Shown here piece by piece: positions 49,293 to 56,330 of a stretch of DNA of 64,000 bases (position 1 is the first letter of the stretch; the number at the start of each line of letters is the position of its first letter). Origin of the DNA: Gammaproteobacteria bacterium. GTDB lineage: Bacteria; Pseudomonadota; Gammaproteobacteria; Steroidobacterales; Rariloculaceae. The notes below the pieces were generated by a model. It was not told the DNA's origin. It was given only the letters and a program-made list of their open reading frames with translations, and searched no databases. The position numbers and the translations under genes were made by a program. Location: NCBI GenBank assembly GCA_050485685.1, contig JBJHBW010000002.1:11959-75958 (forward strand). Direction: 5' to 3'.

Positions 49293-50371
49293 GCCGACTC
49301 CGTCGCCGGTGCGATCCGATCACCCAGGCCTATCGCTTTCTGCAGCAGGTCCGCGAGATCGGCACCCGACGTGATCGCGTTCAGTGCCGGCACGTTGGAG
49401 CGATCACGGATGATCTCCACGCCGACCTTGTTGTCGGTGGCAGGTCCCGTTACGACGGTGGGTTCCACGCCGAACTCCTCGCGCAGCAGTCGCACGCCGC
49501 CCCAGGCCGCAACCGGATCGTTCGCACACAGCACCAGCGCCGAGAGCTGATCGCGTATCACTGCATCGCGCAGGATCGCTTCCACGCCATACGCGCCCAG
49601 CAGTCCGTCGCCGAGCTCGAACACGATCACATCGGCGCGCTGCTGGCCGAGCAGCGACATCAGCTTGCGTGTCAGTGCCGGCGCATTGCGGGACGTGGTT
49701 GCGACCACGCCAAGATCAGTGAAAATCGCCGTCGCGCGCGCGCCGGCATCTTCCATTGCGAGAATGTCGCGGCGCAGCGCAACGCCGGTGGACTTGAACG
49801 CATCGACGGTGAGGCCGTTGTGACGGAAGCGGCTGATGATCGCACTGGCCGCCGCGGTCTTGCCCGAATCCATACACGTACCGGCGATGGCGATCACCGG
49901 CGTGCCGTTCAGGTTGACCGGCTCATCGTCGCGCAGCGGCTCGCGGCCGATCCTGGCCGGAACGCCAACACGTTCGCCCAGATACGGAAACTGCAGCACC
50001 ACGCCGAGCACGCGACAGTCGTACGGCGCCCCATGTTCGGGGTTGATGGAATCGCAGATGCCCATCACGCCGCCCAGGTTCAGCAGCTGAATGACGTCGC
50101 CGGGTTTGAGCGCCGTGGGCAGATGACCGGAATAGCCGAACAGCGCCTTGCGATGACCCAGCGCGCCGACGATCACGTCGCCGCGGCGCACCTTGGCCAT
50201 GCGGCCACTGGTCAGTTCCAGCGTGTTGTACGAGGACTTGTTGGTCAGCACCTCGACCGCGACCAGCACGCCTTCCTCGCAGGGAATGTCATCACTGACC
50301 CTGATCTCCCTGCCCAGATCCGCATCGATGGCCACGGACGCAATCTTGTCGACAATGACGGGACGCATCAC
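49289..50371 (-). CDS. Uncharacterised protein X: beta-rich N-domain plus BioD/CobQ-like P-loop domain, embedded in the arg operon
   Basis: 360-aa ORF. Stop/start overlaps with argG (GTGATG at 50366-50371) and argC (ATGA at 49289-49292). Motifs 'VIAIAGTCMDSGKTAAAS' and 'DVIVFELGDGLLG'. No similarity to ArgA/ArgJ/ArgE that I can recognise. Confidence 0.8.
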   Translation of the reverse strand: MMRPVIVDKIASVAIDADLGREIRVSDDIPCEEGVLVAVEVLTNKSSYNTLELTSGRMAKVRRGDVIVGALGHRKALFGYSGHLPTALKPGDVIQLLNLGGVMGICDSINPEHGAPYDCRVLGVVLQFPYLGERVGVPARIGREPLRDDEPVNLNGTPVIAIAGTCMDSGKTAAASAIISRFRHNGLTVDAFKSTGVALRRDILAMEDAGARATAIFTDLGVVATTSRNAPALTRKLMSLLGQQRADVIVFELGDGLLGAYGVEAILRDAVIRDQLSALVLCANDPVAAWGGVRLLREEFGVEPTVVTGPATDNKVGVEIIRDRSNVPALNAITSGADLADLLQKAIGLGDRIAPATESA

Positions 50372-51630
50372 TTTTTTCCTCCGGCACGGGTATGCAGCAT
50401 GCCCGGCAAAGAAAGAATCCTCGAGAAACCGACCGCATCAGCCGGGGTCCACTCACCGGCAGCCTCGCCATACTTGCCACGACTGGCCGCCATCAGCGAG
50501 TGCGGCGACGTGACACCGACCACAAACGCGTGCCCGGGCCGCAGTGACAGGCGCACTTCGCCGGTCACCCGGGCCTGCGAGGACTCCAGCAGCGCTTCTA
50601 TGTCGCGGCACACGGGATCGAGCACCTTGCCTTCATGCACGAAGTCGCCGTAAGCCAGCGAGACCTGTTCCTTGATGCGCATCTGCAGCTGCGTCAGCGT
50701 GAGCTTTTCCAGTTCACGATGCGCGGTCAGCAGCAGTTCGGCGGACGGGGCCTCGAACGCAACGCGACCCTTGGTGCCGAGAATCGTGTCGCCAAGATGA
50801 ATGCCGCGGCCGATTGCGTACTCGGCGCCGATCTGCTCCAGCCGCTCGATCAGCGAGACCGGATCCAGCGCCTCACCGTCCACACTGACCGGCACGCCGC
50901 GCTGGAAACCTATGCTCAGCTCACGCGGTGCGCGATTGGCTTCGAAGGCGCCGCTGGAAAGCACCCATGCGGACTCGGGAATCGTGCCGGCCGAATCCAG
51001 CGTCTCGGTGCCGCCTATGGTCACGCCCCACAGACCGCGATTGATCGAATAGGCCGAACCACGCGACGGCACCGGCATGCTGCGCTGCTCCAGGAACGCG
51101 ACCTGATCGGCACGCGGCCAGGCATGATCGCGCACCGGTGCGAGCACGGTGAGGTCCGGCGCAAGCGCCTTGAGGATGACCTCGAAACGGATCTGGTCGT
51201 TGCCCGCTGCCGTGCAGCCATGGGCGACAACAGAAGCGCCCATCTGCCGCGCCGTCGTGGCCAGATGCCTGGCCTGCACGCCGCGCTCGGCGCCGACGCA
51301 CAGCGGATACAGCGCTCCGCGCTTCACGTTGCCGATGATCAGGTACTTCAGCACCTGATCGAAGAACTCACCGCGCGCTTCGACCAGCACGTGATCGGCA
51401 GCGCCGAGCTTGCGCGCATGGGCATCAAGGTGCGCCTCGGCGGCCGCATCCAGACCACCGGTGTTCACGGTCACGGTCACGACCGGGCGGTTGTAGGTTT
51501 CGGCCAGCCACGGCACGCAGAATGAGGTATCCAGCCCGCCGGAGTAGGCAAGGACAATGGGACTGTTCGCGTCCCCGGGCAGGGGCTGTGTGGCGGCGGC
51601 GTCGGATTGGCGCCCTGTAGTCGTGGTCAT
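50368..51630 (-). CDS. argG: Argininosuccinate synthase
   Basis: 'VLAYSGGLDTS', 'HGCTAAGNDQIRFE' and 'SINRGLWG'. Start at ATG 51630 (ATGA overlap with the argR stop). Confidence 0.9.
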   Translation of the reverse strand: MTTTTGRQSDAAATQPLPGDANSPIVLAYSGGLDTSFCVPWLAETYNRPVVTVTVNTGGLDAAAEAHLDAHARKLGAADHVLVEARGEFFDQVLKYLIIGNVKRGALYPLCVGAERGVQARHLATTARQMGASVVAHGCTAAGNDQIRFEVILKALAPDLTVLAPVRDHAWPRADQVAFLEQRSMPVPSRGSAYSINRGLWGVTIGGTETLDSAGTIPESAWVLSSGAFEANRAPRELSIGFQRGVPVSVDGEALDPVSLIERLEQIGAEYAIGRGIHLGDTILGTKGRVAFEAPSAELLLTAHRELEKLTLTQLQMRIKEQVSLAYGDFVHEGKVLDPVCRDIEALLESSQARVTGEVRLSLRPGHAFVVGVTSPHSLMAASRGKYGEAAGEWTPADAVGFSRILSLPGMLHTRAGGKK

Positions 51631-52091
51631 GGTACTTCGATTCCCAGGCTTTCCCTTAAACGCGCTCGCAGACGACGCTGCTGGGCAGCGCCTGCGGTCG
51701 CAACAAAAATCGTGTCGTCGCCGGACAGCGTGCCGACGATCTCCGGCCATTGCGTGCGGTCCAGCGTCACGGCCACGCGCTGTGCGGCGCCGATCGCGGT
51801 CGTCACCACCAGCAGGTGCGGACCCGCGGTGCGCAGCTCGCGCACGAGCTCGGCCACATTGGCCAGTGCCCCGTCCTCGCCGGTCGCGCTCGCCTCCGGC
51901 AGGCTGTAGCCTTCACCCAGCTTGGCGGCGCCCAGATGCCTGAGGTCACGGCTGACGCTGGACTGCGTGGCCGGATACCCTTGCGCACGCAGCAGCTCCA
52001 CCAGCTCGGACTGACGGCGAATGGTTCTGGAGCGGATCAGCTGCGCGAGAACGCGCCGCCGCTCCTGCTGCTGTGCGGTGGCAACGGGCAT
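51627..52091 (-). CDS. argR: Arginine repressor (ArgR/AhrC family)
   Basis: wHTH 'IRRQSELVELLRAQGYPATQSSVSRDLRHLG' and C-terminal oligomerisation domain 'GTLSGDDTIFV'. First gene of the operon. Confidence 0.85.
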   Translation of the reverse strand: MPVATAQQQERRRVLAQLIRSRTIRRQSELVELLRAQGYPATQSSVSRDLRHLGAAKLGEGYSLPEASATGEDGALANVAELVRELRTAGPHLLVVTTAIGAAQRVAVTLDRTQWPEIVGTLSGDDTIFVATAGAAQQRRLRARLRESLGIEVP

Positions 52092-52136
52092 GGGGGCTCT
52101 GCAAAAGGGCTGTTGGACGCGTGCGTGAACGGGCTA

Positions 52137-52184
52137 TGTGAATAAATTTGCGCATAGGATATGGATTATGTGCAAAAATGCAAG
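52137..52184. promoter_or_regulatory. Putative ARG-box operator region upstream of argR
   Basis: AT-rich island containing 'TGTGAATAAATTTGCGCA' (52137-52154) and 'TATGTGCAAAAATGCAAG' (52167-52184). Each resembles TNTGAATWWWWATTCANW. The box spacing is not the canonical 21 bp. Confidence 0.35.
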
Positions 52185-52316
52185 CCCCTTTTCCGACAGC
52201 GGCGCGGACGGACGAACGGACGCGGCAGCGTGACGGGGGACGTCGACCATGCCATAAGCGGCAGTCGGACGGAATCGACACAATGACCGCGAACCAGGGA
52301 AGATAGAAGGAGCACC

Positions 52317-53015
52317 ATGACGGGGACGAATACTGCCGGGCCGTTGTTACAGACGGTGGAGATCAACACCGGCGACTCGCCGGAGCTTTGCGTGATCTGG
52401 CTGCACGGCCTGGGCGCGGACGGCCACGATTTCGAACCGCTGGTCCCCGAACTGCGGCTGCCCTTTCCGGCCCGCTTCGTGTTTCCGCATGCGCCGGTAC
52501 GCGCGGTCACGATCAATGGCGGCATGCGCATGCGCGCGTGGTTCGACATCACGGCGCTGGAAGTAGGCGCCGATGAGGATGAGGCCGGGCTACGCGAAAG
52601 CGCCGCGGCCGTGGAGGCGCTGATCGCACGTGAGATCGAGGCCGGCGTACCGCCCGAGCGCATCGTGCTGGCCGGCTTCTCGCAGGGTGGCGCGGTCGCG
52701 CTGCACGTCGCGCTGCGCTACCCGCACAGGCTCGCCGGCGTACTGGCGCTGTCCACATTCCTGATGGCGGCGGACACGCTGGAACGGGAGCGTTCGGAAG
52801 CGAATGCCGCGATTCCGATCTTTCTCGCACACGGCAGTTACGATCCGATCGTCGCGCCGGCCTATGGCGAGTGGTCCAGACAATTGCTCGACGAAGCAGG
52901 GTACCGCCCGGACTGGCGGCTATATCCCATGCAGCATTCGGTGTGTGCGCAGGAAGTGGTGGACATAAGTCAGTGGCTGAAGAAAATCGCCACCGCGCAG
53001 GGCATCTGCAGATGA
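52317..53015 (+). CDS. Carboxylesterase/phospholipase-family alpha/beta hydrolase
   Basis: 'CVIWLHGLGADGHDF', nucleophile elbow 'GFSQGGA', 'FLAHGSYDPIV' and 'MQHSV'. Confidence 0.8.
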   Translation: MTGTNTAGPLLQTVEINTGDSPELCVIWLHGLGADGHDFEPLVPELRLPFPARFVFPHAPVRAVTINGGMRMRAWFDITALEVGADEDEAGLRESAAAVEALIAREIEAGVPPERIVLAGFSQGGAVALHVALRYPHRLAGVLALSTFLMAADTLERERSEANAAIPIFLAHGSYDPIVAPAYGEWSRQLLDEAGYRPDWRLYPMQHSVCAQEVVDISQWLKKIATAQGICR

Positions 53016-53186
53016 GCCGTAGCGCATTGTTGAGCCACCCGTATCTGACTGCTACGCTCCGACGTCACAATGTCGCGAATCTGTTCGCGCCATAACAAGA
53101 ACTCGCCGCGACAGTAAGTTACGGCAAAAAAACACCACTGGCGCCGGGACCGCACCCTGTTCGGTCCGTCCACAGGAAGTGTCCTC

Positions 53187-53828
53187 ATGGGGGATGTCAC
53201 TGTTCTGCTTGGCAATGCCGCGAGCGATCCGGCCGCGCAGTCGGCGCTGTTCGAGGCGATCTATCCCGAGCTGACCGCCATCGCCACACGCCACCTCGCG
53301 CGCGAGTCCCACGAGATCGAACTGGAACCCCATGCACTGGTGCATGAGGCGTACCTGCGCATGCTGGAACTGGAGCGCATCACCTGGCAGGACCGGTCGC
53401 ATTTTCTGGCGGCAGCGGCCGGTACGATGCGCCGCGTGCTGATCGACTCGGCGCGACGGCGCGGCTCGCACAAGCGTGATGGCGGCCTGCGTATCACGCT
53501 CACCGGTCTGTCCCTGCGCGGCAACACACAAACCACGGACATGCAGTCGCTGCATGAGGCACTGGGAAGACTCGCCGAGGTGCACCCCGAACATGCAAGG
53601 CTGGTCGAGCTGCGCTACTTCGGTGGCCTGTCGCTGGAGGAACTGGCCGACGTGCTGGACAAGTCGCCGGCAACCGTGAAGCGCAGCTGGAGCGTGGCCC
53701 GTGCGTGGTTGTATCGCGCGCTGCTGGAACCGGAATCGCAAGACAGCACGACGCCGGACCAGGGGTCATGCGATGGGAATGCCCGTCACACCCGAACGGG
53801 TGAACCTGACAGACAGGCCGGACCGTGA
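53187..53828 (+). CDS. ECF-type sigma-70 factor (TIGR02999-like, kinase-associated group)
   Basis: 'ALVHEAYLRMLE' (region 2) and 'ARLVELRYFGGLSLEELADVLDKSPATVKRSWSVARAWL' (region 4). RBS AGGAAG before the ATG. Confidence 0.85.
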   Translation: MGDVTVLLGNAASDPAAQSALFEAIYPELTAIATRHLARESHEIELEPHALVHEAYLRMLELERITWQDRSHFLAAAAGTMRRVLIDSARRRGSHKRDGGLRITLTGLSLRGNTQTTDMQSLHEALGRLAEVHPEHARLVELRYFGGLSLEELADVLDKSPATVKRSWSVARAWLYRALLEPESQDSTTPDQGSCDGNARHTRTGEPDRQAGP

Positions 53829-56302
53829 ACACCGCGGACACCGAGCGGCGCGCGCTGGAACTGTGCGAAGCCGCGCTGACGCTTGGCTCCGAAGCACGCA
53901 CGCATTTCCTGGCCGCACAGTGCGGCGATGATGCTGCGCTGCTGGATTGCGTACAAGCACTGCTGCGGGCGGTAGACGACAGCGAGGGGTTTCTCGAACC
54001 TGAACCGCCGCATGGATTCGACGCGTTCGGGGCCGGCGCAACGCAAGGCTACGAACCCTGGGTCGACATCCCCGGCACGAACCCGGCCCGGGCCCGTGCC
54101 CCGCGCATGGGCACACGCATCGGGCGCTATACCGTCATCGAACCGCTGGGCGACGGCGGCATGGGTTCCGTGTATCTGGCCGAGCACCGTGATGGCGACT
54201 ACCTGCAGCGCGTCGCGATCAAGGTGCTGCGCGCCGCGCTCAATACCCGCGAGGGACTGGAACGCTTCGAAGCCGAAAGACGCGTGCTGGCGCGACTCAA
54301 TCATCCCTACATCGCGGGCCTCATCGATTCGGGCACCACCGACGACGGCCTGCCGTATCTGGTCATGGAGTATGTGCAGGGCCTGCCCATAGATCGCTTC
54401 TGTGACGAGCAGGGTCTGGACCTGCGCGCGCGCATACGGCTGCTGGTCAAGGTCATGCTCGCAGTGCAGGCCGCGCATCAGAACCTCGTCATTCATCGCG
54501 ACCTCAAGCCCTCCAACGTGCTGATCACGCCCGACGGCCTGCCCAAGCTGCTGGACTTCGGCATCGCCAAGCTCCTGGTCGCGGCCGACGAGGCGGGCGC
54601 GGCCGGGGAACTGACGCAGGTGTGGGGCCAGGCATTGACGCCGAACTACGCCAGCCCCGAACAGATACTGGAAGGGCGCGCGACCACCGTCAGCGATGTG
54701 TATTCACTGGGCGTGCTCGCGTATCAGCTGCTGTGCGGCGAACTGCCCTATCGCATCGATGGCCACGCGCAGCGTGCACTGGTGAGCCGATTCGAGACAC
54801 TCACCGTGCCGCGGCCCAGCACGCGCCTGGCGCGCATGAACGATGCAGCGCTGGCCGACGCGCTGGCACGACGGCGCGGCCTGAACGTGCGCCGGCACGC
54901 GGCGGCACTGCGCGGCGATCTCGACAACATCCTGCTGATGGCGCTGCGCCTGGAACCGGAACGACGCTACGGCTCCGTCGCGCAGTTCGCCGAGGACCTG
55001 CAACGCTTTCTCGACGGCCATCCGGTAGCCGCGCGACACGATACGCTGGCCTACCGTTGCGGCAAGTTCCTGCGCCGCCACTGGCTGCCGGCTGCCGCGA
55101 CCGGCGTGCTGCTGCTGTCGCTGGTCGGCGGCGTGCTCGGCTTCGCGTGGCAGGCCGAACAGGCGCGTGCCGAGCGCGATCGCACGCTGCTCGTCAATGA
55201 CTTCCTGCAGAGCATCCTGATCGAGGCCGACCCGTACGAAGCCGGCGCCGATGCGACGATACGCGACGTGCTCGCGCGCGCCGACGGCATGATCGCCGAG
55301 CGCTTCACCGACATGCCGGATCTTGAAGCCTCGCTGCGCCGCACCGTGGGCTACACACAGCTGGGCCTGCTGGAACTGGATGCCGCCGCTGCGAACCTCG
55401 GTCGCGCACACGAGCTGAACGTGCGCCTGTATGGCGAGGCCGATCAACGCAGCCTGCAGACATGGACGGATCTGGCGTGGACAGAGTTTCGCCGCGGCGA
55501 TCTGGAGGCAGCCAAGTCCGGCTATCGCCAGGCGATTGCGATGATGACAGACACCCTGGCGGAGCCGTTCCGCATGAAACTGCTGAACGACTTCGCGGTG
55601 GTGCTGATGGACACCGGCGATCCGGAAGACCTCGAGGAAGCGGTGACGCTGCTGGAGCAGGTAAGCACGCTGCAGGCCAATGTGGAAACCGACCCGAGCG
55701 AAGATGCGACGATGTTGAACAACCTCGCCGCCGCGCTGCACGATCTCGGCGAACTGGATGAGGCCGAGACACGTTACCGGGAGAGCATCGCGATCGGGCA
55801 GAGCCAGCCCAACGCGCACATGGATCCGAACCTTGCGATCCATATGAACAATCTCGCCGTGCTGCTGCTGCAGCTAGAACGGCCCGACGAGGCGCTGACC
55901 TGGCTGCGCGAGTCGCTGGACATCCGCCTCACCGCACTGGGCCCGGAACACGGGTTCACCGGACTTGCGCATCTTCAGGTGGGCCGCGTGCTGTTCGACG
56001 GCGGCGACATCGAGGCGGCCAGACCGCACATAGTCAGCGCGCTCGCAATCTCCACCGCGGTGCTGCCGGAGGGCAACGCCCAGCTGCTGCTGGCCAGGGC
56101 ACTGGCGGCGCGTCTGCAGTCCACTGACGGTGATCCCCACGGCGGAGCAGCCGCACTGGCCGCGATCGCCAATGACATGGATGAACTGGGCATGGTCGAC
56201 CTCAAGGGCCTGGTCGATCGCTGGCTTGCCGACGCAGAAAGCCAGCTGGACTCTCAACCGGCTGCTGAGCCGTTTTCCGCCGTGATTGCGCCTAACCAGT
56301 AA
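53825..56302 (+). CDS. Transmembrane Ser/Thr protein kinase with C-terminal TPR domain
   Basis: 'LGDGGMGSVYLAEH...VAIKVL', 'HRDLKPSNVLI', 'DFGIAK' and 'YASPEQ'. TM 'LPAAATGVLLLSLVGGVLGFAW', then TPR-like repeats. GTGA overlap with the sigma gene stop. Confidence 0.9.
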   Translation: MNTADTERRALELCEAALTLGSEARTHFLAAQCGDDAALLDCVQALLRAVDDSEGFLEPEPPHGFDAFGAGATQGYEPWVDIPGTNPARARAPRMGTRIGRYTVIEPLGDGGMGSVYLAEHRDGDYLQRVAIKVLRAALNTREGLERFEAERRVLARLNHPYIAGLIDSGTTDDGLPYLVMEYVQGLPIDRFCDEQGLDLRARIRLLVKVMLAVQAAHQNLVIHRDLKPSNVLITPDGLPKLLDFGIAKLLVAADEAGAAGELTQVWGQALTPNYASPEQILEGRATTVSDVYSLGVLAYQLLCGELPYRIDGHAQRALVSRFETLTVPRPSTRLARMNDAALADALARRRGLNVRRHAAALRGDLDNILLMALRLEPERRYGSVAQFAEDLQRFLDGHPVAARHDTLAYRCGKFLRRHWLPAAATGVLLLSLVGGVLGFAWQAEQARAERDRTLLVNDFLQSILIEADPYEAGADATIRDVLARADGMIAERFTDMPDLEASLRRTVGYTQLGLLELDAAAANLGRAHELNVRLYGEADQRSLQTWTDLAWTEFRRGDLEAAKSGYRQAIAMMTDTLAEPFRMKLLNDFAVVLMDTGDPEDLEEAVTLLEQVSTLQANVETDPSEDATMLNNLAAALHDLGELDEAETRYRESIAIGQSQPNAHMDPNLAIHMNNLAVLLLQLERPDEALTWLRESLDIRLTALGPEHGFTGLAHLQVGRVLFDGGDIEAARPHIVSALAISTAVLPEGNAQLLLARALAARLQSTDGDPHGGAAALAAIANDMDELGMVDLKGLVDRWLADAESQLDSQPAAEPFSAVIAPNQ

Positions 56303-56330
56303 CCACCACGTTACTGGCAAGGACAACGAC

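Noticed and set aside
53146-53171. ECF-type promoter guess 'GGACC-N15-CGTCC' upstream of the sigma gene.
   Set aside because: The spacing is short. The implied transcription start would fall on or after the RBS, only about 10 nt before the ATG. The motif for this ECF group is not known to me.
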